Assembly (NCBI GenBank): GCA_003344405.1
Contig: NOWV01000001.1
Span: 682,001 to 746,000, forward strand
Direction: 5' to 3'
Origin: Trichoplax sp. H2
Taxonomy: Eukaryota
Length of the DNA: 64,000 bases
Every line of letters begins with the position of its first letter. The first letter of the stretch is position 1. A program made the translations under genes and the position numbers. Under the pieces are notes generated by a model, which did no database searches, was not told the DNA's origin, and was given only the letters and a program-made list of their open reading frames with translations. Below, piece after piece: positions 39,490-55,400 of the stretch.

Positions 39490-42400
39490 ATGGTGGCAAC
39501 ACGGTCTCGATCAAGCAATAACGGTCGGCGTAATTTGCTCACTAATATCATCAATTCTAGGCATTCTCGTAGAAACAAACTCGTTGTCAATAATGTTAAT
39601 CAAGAGGTAGGACAAAAAGGCATAAAAATCTTTATTTTCATTGCATATCTATATTTATGTACTAGCTCCGGTTCGCTTGACAATCACCGTAAATATTACC
39701 ATTTCTATTTTAATTATCGCTTTTACAAGATGCTTTCTTTAACGTATGTGTGTTACTGTGGATAATTTTGCTTACTGATATCAATCTAATGACACACACT
39801 ACTTTTACCTTAAATTAGAATCGAAATACATATATTAACTATTGTAATTAAATACTGTTGCAAATTATTACAAATGTCGATAAACGCCATCGCAAGAATG
39901 GCTAGACATTAACACATATCTAATAACCCAACTATCTATCTTATTTTCAGAGGGCATTCTTAAAAGATAATGCGGATGACAATTCCGTCAATGTTGAGCG
40001 CCCGAGTTCACATCGGTAAGAGATTATGATATACATTATTTAAGACTAATCTATAATTGTCTAAATTGATTACATGTTGAAGCTACGATTATCTTGATAC
40101 GGTAGTCATTGCTATCAGGTTCACTCACGTATAAAAATTTCGTTGTAATGATTGAGCTACTATCCAGTCTTACTGGCTTATTTATACAATTAAATCGTTT
40201 TATGTGCACTCCACAGATTACGATCCTTGAGAGGATTTATGGATTTTGATGATTCAAATGATAATTATAATGAAAGAAACGAAGGTAATATTATATTGAA
40301 ATGATTACGTTACGTATATACAGTACTAGGCCGATTGTATGATATTGGTCTGAGTTGCAATTTCGAAGTACATTTTATGCCATAAAACATTCTCTCTGTT
40401 ATTACTCTTTATGGTTTCAAATTTTATGAAATTTTAAGGTACGCTAAGTATCTTTACCCTTTTTAATCCGTTAGATATTGCTGCTGACGGTATAAACGAC
40501 GAAGAGGAATATAACGGTTGGTTAAGACGTAGTAGTCGTCAAAGACGACTAGTTTACAATTCCTTAAATCTTGACGTACTCACTGGCAAGAGTGAAATTA
40601 GTCGTGCTGTTACAAGTGCTAATGTAAGTATGATTTTATATACAAATTTCGGTTCGATATATTAGTTATCTATATTCGATATGACGCAGTTATACGTAGC
40701 ATAGATAACCGTACTATTCTGATATTGATACGGAGTAATCCTTTAAGTTATATATCTGAATATAAGAAAAATACGTGTACTGGATTAAAATTTCTAGTAT
40801 TTTTATTATGGACCCGTGGAATGTAAAATTATATGAACCTGTGCTGTACCTATAGAACGTAGATGATGAGATTTCTGAGAGTAACGAGGACGAAGACGAT
40901 GACGATGATGAAGACGATGACGATGATGAAAACGATGATGAAGACGATGATGAAGACGAAGATGAGGATGACGTAGAAGAAGACGATAAAGATGACGAAG
41001 ATGAGGGTTTGTATATATATGTATATATGTATGTATTCATATATAAATCCAACTACACCCATGTTAATTACTAATATATTTAAAATACTAAAATTGGGTT
41101 GATACCCTTCATCACTTCATTAATTAATAAATGTAGGTAATTTCCATCGCCGTAAGTACAACTTACGTGAAAAACGTCATGTTCCGACACGATTTAGTAT
41201 CCCAATTGGAGAAACTATAAAGCGCCGTCGAAATCATGCAATGCGCCCTTGGCTTAAACATGTCAAGAAAGATACCTCAAACCGACGACGTCGAGAAGAG
41301 AAACGACAGTTACGTATAGCTGGTAACGATCAAGATTCCTTCTCCAGTGATGAAGAATGGTTTGAGATGCGAAAGCAGAGAAGTCTTATGCGATCTAGAA
41401 ACCGATTTCTTCCTTTAAATTTTAAACGTAAGAGTAATAGCTTGTTATTATCAGGTGATGCGTATCAATTTTATCATTCATTTTTACTGTATCATAACTC
41501 TTGCAGCTGAAGATTTATCGAATCACAAAATTATTGAACAAAGATTAAAGATTGGATCCAGCCTAGCTGATATTGAACCTATGGCGATAGATTCAACAAT
41601 TACTTTTGATGATATTGGAGGCTTAAGCAATCATATCAACTCTTTAAAGGAAATGGTATTGTTTCCCCTGCTTTATCCAGAAGTATTTCAAAAATTTAAC
41701 ATAACTCCTCCAAGAGGTGTTTTATTCCATGGTAAGCCAGGAACAGGTAAAACATTAGTAGCTCGAGCTGTTGCCAATCAGTGTAGTCTCGGTGGAAAGA
41801 AGGTAGCTTTTTTCATGAGAAAAGGTGCTGATTGTCTTAGTAAATGGGCTGGAGAATCTGAACGTCAGCTACGATTGTTATTCGATCAGGTCGGTAGTCG
41901 TTGACATAACCCATGTTTGAGATACTCAAATTACTTTCCAAGTATGACTTATAGATTTATATCCGGACTAAAATTTAGGCTTACGGTATGAGGCCAGCCA
42001 TAATTTTTTTCGATGAGATTGATGGTTTAGCACCAGTTCGCTCCAGTAAACAAGATCAGATTCATTCATCGATTGTGTCAACATTATTAGCTTTGATGGA
42101 TGGACTGGATAATCGAGGCGAAATTATAGTTATTGGTAACTATAGTGTTTTGTAGTCTTCAATCAGTGATTTATTTATTTGTTCGAGATATTGATTTGAT
42201 TAATTGAATTGTATGATGGTCACTTTAGGTGCTACAAACCGTGTCGATGCGATTGATCCTGCGCTTAGACGTCCTGGAAGATTCGATCGTGAGTTTTACT
42301 TTCCTCTTCCTGATAGAAAGTCGAGACGTTCTATAGTGCAGATACATACTCGCCAATGGGATCCACCACTAACGGACGAGTCCATAGACGATATCGCAGA

Positions 42401-45169
42401 TAAATGTATTGGTTACTGCGGTGCGGATATAAAAGCTCTTTGCACTGAATCAGCATTAAATGCTCTACGTCGTAGATATCCACAAATTTATAACAGTAAC
42501 AAGAAGTTAAAGATTGATGTGGATTCGATTCATATCGAACCTTGCGACTACGAATTTGCAATGAATTCAATTACACCGTCTGCCCAGAGGGGTGTAATAT
42601 CAGTTGGGAGACCTTTAAACAAATTAACGCGGCTTCTGTTTAGCTCGCACTTAGATAAAGTCTTTAATTTTTTGAAAACAAAATTTCCGTTTGGCAAGTT
42701 ACTGAACTCAGGTATTCAGGTCTACGTTTCAATATCATTTTTGTTACGCAGCTGTTCATACGTAAAATGTTAATCATACTATTTTTTTGGCTATAGGATA
42801 TGATAAAGCACACAGTCAATCAATCACTGGGGCATTTGAGACCATTATTTATCGTCCAAAACTTCTACTTTATGGTAAATCAGGTATGGGACAGTCGTCA
42901 CATATTGCTCTGGAGATTCTTCATAACATAGATGAAATCCCGGTTTATCACCTGGATATTCCTCATTTGTACACGTCTATGAAAACTCCAGAGGAATCTT
43001 GCGCCCAGGTAATTATAAAGTCCTTTATATTGCAATCTATAATAAGATTGGTACTCCTTTTAGATAGTGCAAATATAAAATTTAGCATCATGCTTATACT
43101 TTTTTGCACACGTACATAGGTAATTATGGAAGCTTCTAGTAAATGTCCCTGTGTTCTATTCCTGCCTCGTATCGAAACATGGTGGTCTGTTGCATCTGAT
43201 TCATTACGAGCAACTATTTGTGGACTTCTGTGCGACTTACAGCCTTCCCTGCCCATTTTATTGCTGGCAACTAGTGATTGCGAAAATTTTACTGGATCAC
43301 TTCCTACGATATTGAGGGAATTGCAAATAACAAAAGATGCATGCTTTCATATCAACTCGCCAGATTACTACGCTAGGTACTTGTATTTTAAAGAAGTGCT
43401 AGAGAATTGTTTTAAAGGGCGGACAAGAAAAAGTTTAGGTAACAGAAATTACGTATTATCACGCGGTATTACGGTAGTAGACGCGGGAATATTCATTTAG
43501 CAATGCTTTGTCTACCTCTTGACATTAGATACTGTTGTCAGAAGTGAAATTGAAACCCTAGAAGTGGAAGATAGTAGCCCGGTATCTAGACAGTTGACAA
43601 AAGAAGAGGTAGATCGTTTGGCAAAATATGAAAGTAATGTCTTTAGAGAACTAAGAATCTTTTTGAGAGATGTTATAAACAGACTCATGTCCGATCGAAA
43701 ATTTTGTTGCTTTGTTAAGCCTGTTAATCTTGACGAGGTTAGAATTCCATTGCTTTATAAAGAAACGCCCTATTATAAGATACATTGCAATCAATAATGT
43801 AAGACTTACTTTAATATGTAATTTTAGGTAACAGACTATTTGGATGTTGTGACGACACCCATGGACTTTTCAACAATTGCTGATAAAATAGATGATGGCT
43901 CGTACACATCTGCCGCACAGTTTGTAGCGGACATTCAAATCATTGTAAATAATGCACTGAAATATAATCCTGTTAGTGATCCACTTAGTAAAGCTGTCCG
44001 CCATCGAGCTTTTATGCTAAAGGATACCGTCGACTCTATTATTGATAAGGAACTTGATAGCGATTTTGAAAAGGTTTGTATTCTATATAGGTATTTCAGG
44101 GTTGTTTCAATGCTTAAGATAATCTACAATATGTTATACGTAGACTTGTGAAGAACTAAAAGAATCCAGAAAACGCCGTGGTAAAGCAATTCTGTTGATA
44201 ATTCATACATGTAGTAAACACTTACTATATAAATTTTATGTATTTGAAAGAAACTTCACTCATTACTGTTATTATAATGTATAGAAAATTTACCGGTAAC
44301 CATTGACGAAAGTCCCAAAACAGATGCAACAAACATCAGTAGTCTTATATACGTACGGAAACCACCAATAAATTCTGTACGATTTAGTAAACGAATTCGA
44401 GGTATAGAAGTAGATGAATCTACAGAAAATTCGTGTGACGAAATTCAGTACCGGCAGTCACAAGCCAAAGCTGTCGTTCAAAACGGAAAATTAAACGATA
44501 CATCAGAAACGACAAGTGTTGGTGAAACTGATTCTCATTTAAATTTCAATGATGGTGATAATAGTATCCGGAATAGTAGTAAGTCGTGCTATTGTTGCCT
44601 GGATAGCTGAAGTTAATGAATACATTACTAATCAATGTTTATATTTCTCACGGAGCTAACATTAGTAACTTCTTTAAATTTAAATTCTTATAAGGTACCG
44701 TTAGTTCAGAGATTACTACCAATTCTTGCCTCCTAATCAGTAATGGTTCTGCTGGTCTTTGTGAAACCGACCGTTATGAACAACTCGGTAAGTGAATAGG
44801 TACAACTTTTTACTGTCCTCTGCATTAATAGCTAGATATCATATTTCTGAAATCTCACTTTTTAAGCATCCATAATATCTGACTTTTTTTATAGATACTA
44901 TAGATAATGGTGTCAGTGATGAGGAATTGAATTCTCTAATTTCTCGTTTGGCCACTTCAACTGCTGAGAACACTATAGAAGATATTGAAAGGCTTTCTGT
45001 GAATATTCACGGATTCTTTAAAAGCTATAGTCAAGTCCATAATAGATGTCCTCCACTGACGGTATATAGTACACGTTATTATATTTTAAAAAACGGTAAC
45101 GTTAAATGACTAATTCCTGCCGTTTTTGATTTACAGGATATTGAACAGTTTATTGCTCATGCTGAATAA
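39490..45169 (+). CDS. ATAD2: ATAD2/ATAD2B/Yta7-family AAA+ ATPase with bromodomain
   Basis: Acidic N-terminal exon; LADIEPM...FDDIGGL...LKEMVLFPLLYPEVF...PPRGVLFHGKPGTGKT (Walker A), FFMRKGADCLSKWAGESERQLRLLFDQ, IIFFDEIDG (Walker B), ALRRPGRFDREFYFPLP; degenerate second AAA GKSGMGQSSH; bromodomain FVKPV...DYLDVVTTPMD...NALKYN; stop at 45167-45169. Confidence 0.95.
40860..41006 (+). repeat. Coding (GAY/GAR)n trinucleotide repeat, the Asp/Glu tract of ATAD2
   Basis: gacgaagacgatgacgatgatgaagacgatgacgatgat... lies inside a GT-AG bounded exon. Confidence 0.85.
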
Positions 45170-46481
45170 GTAGATCGTTTGAATGTGGGCCTTTGAGCTA
45201 ATAATATACCCTTATGTTGGATTTGATATCTATAGAAAGATATTTAAATTTATAAATTTCTTTTATATGGTATTTATAGTTATGCTTAATCCTGTAAGCG
45301 AATTGTCACAATTTAAACATTTTCTAAATAATTCCCTGTGCGTTTTATCGTATATGCAGTTAGTATAAATGACTCGCTATCTTCGATAGATATTTATTTT
45401 TAAATTAAGTTTGTACAATATTATCGAAGGTGCGTTATTTATGATGAATAGTGATGCGACCTATAACTAATGACAACAAGTACTATTTCACTTTGACTAA
45501 AATTATATATTAATAAACTCAACGATTTATACTTTGAAATCTTAAATTTGAGCTTTTGTCCTTGTTAAAAGTATTTAATTAGAATATTGTCGGTGTAAAA
45601 TTCAGTAATTTGTACCATACTTACACAACAACTGGTTTGAAATATGATCACTCAACTTCAACGATAAAGAAAAAGTTACGACTATACACTTTAATGACAC
45701 TCAGTAATGTACTATACTTTAATCTTGACACCTTACAACTTTACGTCTAATCATAATAAATCGCGTTCTTATGACATATAAACAAACAACATATCCATAA
45801 CTGCTGTTCGTAATAAATTTAAAAATGTTTCTTGACTTTTATTTTTTAAAGCGAATGTATCGATAATATCGATAGTTTCATAATTTATAAGACGCAATGG
45901 CGAAATATTAATAGCCACATTTAGCGAATCCATATGAACACTAAAGGAGAAACTTGTTGCCGTGAAAGCGAAACAGCGCTTAAATAGTATCACTGTTTCG
46001 GTAACCGTAATTGCACGGTGATATGACCAATTAATCTTTGTTAAATCTCAGGTAAAGAAATGAATCATGTATTATATTCTGGCATAAGACATCATAAACT
46101 GAGCATTCTACTATGGTAATAAATTCGTTTTCGAGTATCAACTTGCTATTAAAGTTAGCAGTATTCTATTTCAAGATTAGGCTGATAGAATATAAAATAA
46201 TTAAATTAGATATATCAATATTATTCTATAATTTTAAGAGTGGATGGGACGTATTTTCGCTATTTCCAATGTTCCAAAATTTTAGAGAAATTAATTATAA
46301 ATTGTAACTCAGTTGTTTATGAACTAATTTTATATCGATTCATATGCCTTCTAACGTTTTGGATGATGTATATGTAATCTATAAGGATAGACTCCAAGTA
46401 TCATGTGCTTCTGTAGCAATTTTAGTAAGCCTTTCAGATTTTAGGCATAAAATATATGCGCTGATTCTAACGTAATTAAGT

Positions 46482-49400
46482 TTATTTGTTATCTGCGATG
46501 GAGTCCTTACTGCCACTTGAAACTTTTGCAGAATTTGCCGTTGATGAATGAGACGTTCTGAGTTTATCTTTACGATATTTCGGTTCGTAGATTTCTCCTT
46601 CCTCATTGGCCTTTTGGAGTGCTTCTAATTCATCTTTTTCTGCTTTTTGTTTTGCTACTAGAGCTGACCAGTTTTGTAAATTTGACCTAAGATGGGCAAT
46701 ATAAATTGATGAACCTTATATTAAATTTGCAAAAAATTTAGTGATATGTATTAATTCTACTGGCAGCTTTTACTTGTATAGATATGATTACAATTGCGAA
46801 TTGAACATGGAACAACTCTAGCTAAGGTGATGAGTTATATTAACTGGCATACATAATTTAACCATGGAAGATCAGCATCTTAGAGTCATTATAAAGGCAT
46901 GCATGAACTGGTATTTTTAGTATATTCACCTTGTGCCATCTAGCATTGGATAAGTATTAGGAAGTATTCTAGCTAGAATTTCGTAGCATGGCAAACAAAT
47001 TCCCATGATAAATCCCACCTAAAATGTCAAGTAAACGTTACTAATGTCATGAAAAAATCTGTTTCTAGTATTAATTTCATACAGTAATAACTTTTACAAG
47101 GTAATTAGGAATTGCAATAAGTGTTTTCATTTTATAGGCCTTTTATCTGACCTGGTTTGCTGGCAAATCATGTGCTTTTTCTCTATCCATCATTGGTAAA
47201 GGATTTCGAGACTGAGCTTTTTCTTCATCTCCCTAATACATATTTTAAGAATGTAAAATTTTTTTATTTCAGCCGAGCGTAATCTTAGCCAAATAGCTTA
47301 CTCTTGTTATGAAATGTGGATATCTTCGAGCAATAAAGTATTACTTCACCTCTAACCTGATTATAAAACTCTTGAAAGAGCTGTCTGACTGTTAGTCTGT
47401 TGATATGCCAAGGTTTGATTACAGCTGAGAGATCACAAGCTGTCATAATGATGCCCTTCAATCTCATTCTAAAGGTAGAACAGAAGACTATCAAAATCAC
47501 ACGCATTATCATCACGCATACAATTGCTCTGACTAGTAAATAGATTAAGTAACCAGTTGATTAAATTCCATTTTAAGAGATATTCAGTCAGTAATTGCCA
47601 TACTTGTAATGCTTTAAATACGTATTTGAAAACTACCACGTATTTTTTATTACAGGTAATTGATCTATATGTATAAAATTTAACGTAGAATAATACATAA
47701 ACTATCCTTTTATCTTATCTAATTACTGATTTAGCGAAAATTCAGATCAAACTCTCTTCAACTTACATGTGTTCCGGATTACTCCAGCTAAACTTATTTT
47801 CATTGATAATTTTTTGCAAGATCGCACGATTACTGAAGAAAAGTGCCAAATCTGTATATACGATTGCTTGTTTCATGTCTTGAATTGCCTAACCATACCA
47901 ATCATGGATTCGTTGACGTTAGTAACATTAATTAATACTTTAATGATAATTCTAATATTGTAGCTTGCAACACGGGAGTTGATATTAAAAATTTATAGTG
48001 TTTAATTGAACAATGTGGTTACAATATTAGGACATCGCCTGAGTAGTGATAATCGTAATTGAAGATTTTTACCTTTTCATATAAATCTTTAGGTAGAAAT
48101 TCAAAAACATTATGACCATCTGCCTATAGCATGGTAGATTACACAAAACAACGGCAAAATTAAAAAGGTTTGATAAAATTTTCTAGAAAAGTTATTCCGT
48201 ATAACGTTTAGGCTAAAGAGGTTGAAATTTCCCTAACTTTTCGCTTAGTAACATTAAAAACAAGGATAATATTTACGGAGAGGAAAGCAGTAAAGATGAA
48301 GTTTATGATAATCGTTAATATATCATTGCCTTATTATTATAGCGTGCTATATACTATATATATAATATTTATACATATAAGTAAAGCTGACATTACCCTT
48401 AAGATTGACATTGCTGTATAAAAGTGATGGTACTCCATAGTAGAAGTACTGTACATTGCAGCTAAAGGATTTTTTGAATTGACCATATACGCGTTAGTCT
48501 TAGCTCGATGATCCAGATCATGACACAAGCATCCAACAAATAGAGCCAATCGCTGTGAAATAGATTATTAAGATTATGTCAGCTAGAAGTTGACGTAAAA
48601 TTAGCCTATGAATTGTCAGATAGATACAAAGTGTTTATAATACAGACTGTAACTTTACGCCAATAATTTAAACAATTAAGATAGCTAAACATTTCACAAA
48701 ATTGAAATCAACCCATAGCCGGTAATAAAGGCAAAGTAACTAAAAATTTTAATTTATTCACAGTTAAGATATTGAATTTTAGAATTTATAGATTCATCCG
48801 GATTAAAGTCATGAATTACTTTATAGTAACTGATATCAAAGCTGCAGATGTAATATGTATATCAATATCGATTTTACGTAATTGCAGAGATTAAAATTAA
48901 AATCTTTGGCTAATGTAGAAAATATAAACTTTGATCGCCATTCTCAAGATCAAAATTGTAATATTTTTCTATAGTTATCAATCCTAAGAGCATTTTGTTA
49001 AAGTAGCTAACTATGCAGTACTTCTATTCATGAAACATTGCATTATCGTCCTTAAGGCCGCGATAATTCCACACATAGTTTTGTATTACCTCTATTGGCG
49101 AAAGAACGTCAGGGCAAGTTTTGATCACGGTATAAAAACTATGAGCTACTTGAAAAGCATGATTCCAGTTATGATAGGGCACATTGCGGTAATTATTGCG
49201 TACTGTCAACGTGAATCGAATAAGAGTTTCTTCGTTGAACCTGGTAAAAATAAAGTTAGGGACTGTTAGTTAAAATTATTTCAATCTTTAAAAACATGTG
49301 AATTCAGCTATACATAAATAAAATAGCATAGTATTTAGATAGAAGTCGTCGCTAGCAAGAACTATGGACTAATTTTCATGTCCAGAAATGTGAATATTCA

Positions 49401-52400
49401 TTGATATAACCTTGATTAATGCGCTAAATTCCTACATAGTCTTATGGGTGTATAACTGAAAATATTAAAATTTTATAGGCCAATGAATAGGTATTGTACT
49501 GTATTATTCAATTTCTACCACTATCAACAATTTTATAAATATTTTTCAGCTTAATTGTTTTTAAAGTCACTAAATGCACTATATTTAAACTTACTTTATT
49601 TGACCTCCTTTCATCACCCTTTACAGAGAATGAAGATACAATATCAGATACCTTTTGCGTAATAACTAGGATATTTAATAATAATTGCAGAAATATCATC
49701 ACTTAGATCTTACTTTGTCATTTCGAAAACATCTCTAAACATAGCAAGCACATATCTAGGAACATCGGATTTGGGTAAACCTTTAGTGTCCATGCTGTAG
49801 CTGTAAAAAATAAAGCATTCACGGTTAAATTGTCTTTAACTGAAAATACATAATGTGGTAGTAATGCTAAAACTAAATTATTTCAAAATATATTATTGAC
49901 TATTCTTACTTGATAATTCCTGAAGTATCTAATCGGGGTTTTCCAAGAATATCTGCTGCTTCTTCAATGCTAGCGCACCGATGGTAAGCCGCAACGTCTA
50001 AAGTTATCTGCATTATGGTACATATATAACATATATAAAACAATAAGATGAAATATTGACCGCTAATACGTATATTAGTCTAAATGCCTTAGAATTTATG
50101 AAGATAGCTCATTTTGTTTAACCTACCATGTATCGATAATCCAGCTTTCGTACCTTATCATATAGCTAAATTTTAACCAGATTTAGAATTGTTTAATTTA
50201 TTTTTATCATTAATTGAACTGATTATAAAAGTTAGATGCTAGCTCAAATCGTATTCATCATACACGGTATAAAAGTAATCATATCCCATAAGTAGGAAAG
50301 ATTAATTACTTTTTAAGATTACTTCACATTAGTAAGAACTAGGAATAAATCATAGACAACGATTAGACTACAATCATGCAACATTTGTACCTTGGCATAA
50401 TGCAATGCAAGCCCACAGACAAGGGATACATTTTCCAAGATTTGTTTATCTAATTAGAGAAAGGAATCGAGCTGAAATTTATTGACAGAGTTTCTACGGT
50501 AAAAGGATAAAATCTACAGAGTAATGCTATTATCCAGGTTATTCTAAATAATTACCTAAGCAAGTAAACGTTGATTCATTGATTTTGTTGATCATTTGAA
50601 TGATACCTATAACACTAAGATAAAATTAATCATTACATGATACAAATGAGTAACCAGATAGTCAGTTTAAGTGTTAAATAAAATTGGCATGTCTAATATT
50701 ATAGCTCGAAAGAAATAATTTGATATGATAAATTATTCATATAAACGTGTGATTGAGTAGACTTTCATTTACTATTCACTATTGCTTTCCTATATTTAGT
50801 ATAATACTCCGTACGACAGTATAAATTGAGATCCATGCTGTAATATCGAAAATCCAAGGGACATATCTGATCCTTGGTTTATGGTATACAAATAATATAC
50901 TGTCGAAATAGCTTAAAAGAGATTAATATTGGCTCGATATAGGTGATTTATTAGTTTGTTACAAATTATTAGCGATTTTGCTTATGTGGAGTGGTGGTCT
51001 ATCGCACTTATGCTCGAGTTACGGCAGATAAACGAATAAATGAAATGTTTACTTACCTGCCATTATTTAAAATTGGAGTACATATCATATTTTTCGACTT
51101 ATATCCAGTGACCTTGTCGACATTTCTGTATATAAATACACGATAGAATTTGATTTTCGTTATACTTATTCATGTTTTAATTATTGCACAGATGTAGATT
51201 AAGGTTCTTTCCATCAGATATTTGTCGATATTGGAATATAAAAGGTTAAGAATTATCCTGTTACCATATATAAACTTATTTCTCAAAATTATGAAAGCAC
51301 ATTTTCATAACCTACATATCAATATTGAAAGCGGATACTCCTGCTAATAGGTTACAATATAGCTAAGATTGATTTACGATATTGGAATGTAAAAAGCATG
51401 GATTACTAGAAATTCCAAGTAAAAGGTTAGAAATTATCCTGATTCTATATTATAAACTTATATTTTAAAATTTATGAAAGTTCGCTTTCATAACCTACGC
51501 CAGTATTGATTGCCTATATGACTACTAATAAGTTACCTTATGGCTAAGATTGATTTATGACATTGGAATGTGAAAGGTTAGGAATTATTTTATTGCCATA
51601 TTGTAAACTTACTGTATATCTCAAAATGTCTAAAACCACACATTCATAACCTACACATCAATATTGAATGCATATGTTACTGCTAATAAGCTACAATATA
51701 ACTAAGATTAATTGACTTATATTGCTATATCAGAGGGTTTTTTTGTGAACTGCATTATATCCATTATGATTAGATAAATCTGTGCTACTTGCTAGTGAAC
51801 TTCATATCGAAATTTTCAATTTCCTCAAAATAATTTTATTTTCGTTAATCAATTATATATTTCAAATTTATAATTAACTTTATTGAGATTAATCATACCT
51901 ATAGAATCGATCATCGTCACTAGCATGATTTACAATAATTGACTTTCCAATTTTGCCACAATGTCCAACTATGCCTTTATCGGAAGGAAAGCTAGAATAT
52001 TTTTAAAATGGGTAAATGCAATGACAATAATTAGAGTAAAGTTTGAGGTATGTAAGTCAATTTTTTACCAGTAATGATGTGAATAGTATCTACCGCAAGA
52101 TGGATTTAAACTTTCTTGTATTCTTATCTTTGTTCTCATATCCTACATCAAAAACTAAAGGATATAATTCTACTTCATCGTCATTCTTGGACGAGTAAAC
52201 AAATATGGAAGCTCGATCAGCTTTGATAAACTGCTTTGTTTGCGTCTGCGTATATTTCAATATTGAAAAAATAATATATTTTCAAGATTAGTTTAGGCTT
52301 GCAATGTACTCTAGTGTTAAATAGGTGTGTAATATTATACAGTAATGAATTTAAATTACTATACTTGTAATGTATGCGCTAATTCTCTCCAAGTATTATA

Positions 52401-55400
52401 TTTATTTAAGGCTATTTTCGTATGAACGCCAAAATAATCCATTACAAAATTACTTGTACAACCTATTACATTTATTTTGTCTTACCAGTATTAATGTGGT
52501 TACTTTTTTTACGCTCATAACATCTTGAGACATAGATCTTAATTACAAAAGGTAGAATAGATTAGACACTATTCCTAACAGGTATCAGATTATTAGTAAT
52601 AATTCATACGTATTGACTGAAATCTTACTTAACAATAGCATTCATCATTTGATATATATCCTTATCCGTCCCTTGACTATAAAGATTCTGAAATAAAGCG
52701 AACAAAATTGAGAAGGCCTAACATTTATAACGATATTCATGATATTCATTACCATTGCTCTTTCTAAGGTTAATTGGCACCATAATGCTAAAGATGTCAT
52801 GGCCTATTGAACAATCGCAAGATAATAATTAGCTATATCATTGGGATTAATGGTTTTAATTCCAATTCTAGCATACATGAGCATCTTCATACGTAAAGCC
52901 AATTCCTTTGAATTTACTTATTTCCATTACAGCTGATGATTAAATATTGGATTTTCATGTTAGCTGTTTGAAAAACTCATATAGAAAATGTAATTTATTA
53001 CCGAATACTTCTCCACTGAAAGTCATGATTGGTTGCCATAGACTAAAATCATACTCGATTTCCACTATAATTATAAAATTTAAATAAGTAGATGGATAAA
53101 AAATTTAATTGTTGCACAAACATTTATCGAAGTAAGATCACAGAAAGTAGGATAGGTTAGCAATAGACAATAAAATTCAGATACCCATGGTTATAATGAA
53201 TAGAAATTAAAGTCAATTTTCATATCTAGTCAAGTACAATATGCCCTATATTATATTACGGTATTTTTTTTTACCGTTTTCTCTGTATTCTGTGAATTTC
53301 CTTGCAAAATCTTCTCGCTGTAAAAAATTTAATATTCGATTCAATTTGACGGGGATAATAAAAAATCTTTTACTGTAACTTATTTATGAAAGGCTGGTCT
53401 ATTTTCTTTCTTATTAAGGCCAGTACACTAAATTATCTAGTCAATAACGCCGTTATGAAATAGAGCTTTCATGGTATATTGTAAAAGAAGTAAGAAATTA
53501 AAAATATACAGTATAGACATATAGCAAATTTAAACTAAACTGACTGTTATCAATGGCTTAGTCATTTATAAAAGGATTGATAATTATTTTATTATGGCAT
53601 GTATGGCCAAACCAGTCAAGCGTAAATGTAATAATGCATATTTTTATAGTATAACTTTAATGCTATTGAATGTAGAATTTTGCTATATTAATTATAAGAT
53701 CGTAATTAAATCGAGCTTTATTAATTCTTACCATAGCATTCAGTCTAACTGCCGTCTTTGTACGTATAGCTGTTGCGATAGGAGTATCTTGACCAGCAAG
53801 ACGTTGTCGCTTCGATTTAACATTGCTTACAATAAATAATCAAATGAATCCTTTATTATTCCTTAGGCTAAAGAATAACAACCGACAGCAGTATTGCATT
53901 ATCTTAGAAAAACTGATTAGTACGTGCATGACATAAATGATTACAAAACATTAGCAGAGTAAAGCATTCATAGGGACTAAATGAGTTAATTGAAAAAGTT
54001 ATCAACAAATTTAGTTTAATCATAATAGGATTTGTCTTTATAAATAGTATTATAATAACCAATCAACATAGAAAGTTGTAAAACAGCATTTTAACGTGAA
54101 TTTAGTTGTACCTATTGAAATACAATAGCAATTTAATATAACTATAGTTACAAGCGCAATGTTTACCTTGGATCTTGGGGTATAAATTGATAAACAACCT
54201 ATGTAGAAATTATGAATAAGACTGTGAAAAAGAGCATATTCTAGAACTTTATTTCATCATATTATTAATTGTCGATATCAAACTCACTTCACCATTCTCA
54301 TCTACAATATAAAGTCTCGATCTTGTCGCATTGATAACTACAGAAATGAAAACAAGGACTTAGAAACAGCAGCAAAAAGATAGATCTTAAATCTTTGATC
54401 CTCATCTTGAGCTAAACGAAGCGTAAATTAAGAATGATTCAAATTAACAACGAAATGTTAGTAGTCATTATTTTACCTCTGCCAATATTTCGCATCATAC
54501 AGTAAAGTATCAGGTAGAGGTTATGTCTTTTACCAATTTTCTGGAGTCCCTCATGTAAATTATCTCGATTTTTCATCATCTAACAAATATTGATATGATA
54601 ATTTTAACTTTCAGTTGTTATAACTCCAAGCATATACTGTAAATATTCAAACATAGCAACCTTTATTTAATACTATTTGGCTAAAAAGTAAAACACTCGT
54701 AGGCGATTCGATCATACTGTTTTTACATTGGTAATATGCTAAGCTATAAAAGTGATAATGCAATATTCCAGAATAAAAACAACCTCTTCCTCTAATTCTT
54801 TAGCTCTTCGGCTGCCAGCTTCTTCAAATTCTGGATCAGCTAGAACGTATTATTAAAAACTATTATCTGATTGACATAGATGGTAGATATTTAAAATTAT
54901 CGTCTATGGCTCTATGCAATTCTTGTAGCATAGTAAAGCTACTACTAATCGTATAAACAAATTGTGATTACTAAATAGTAAAGCACTTTATAGATTTCTT
55001 TTGATAAGATCTTTGTGACTTTATTAATAAATAAATTGAAAATCTTAATAACATCAATCTTAAGTTCTATTCGGATAAACTATAAGTATTTAGCTATTAC
55101 GGTATATCATTTAAAATAATTTGCAAGTAACTAATGATTTTACTTTGATCTTCATTATATTAGGAATTAATCTAACCTTTTTCTTCAGCAAATGGCTGTG
55201 ATAGAACTGATTTACTAGATAGCCAATATTTAATCTCGTTCTCTTCTACATGATCCATAATGTATTCCTTCAGGAAATCAGGATTGGTTTTCAAATAATG
55301 ATAGATACGTTGTCGCTTTATTACTGAGTGAATAAACGATTTATTAGCTAAATTCGGCAAAGAATCTTTTTGTTTTATGAACATTAACAGATATTACTAA

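Noticed and set aside
40714-41062. Poly-Ser and hydrophobic minus-strand ORFs
   Set aside because: Antisense shadows of the ATAD2 Asp/Glu repeat exon.
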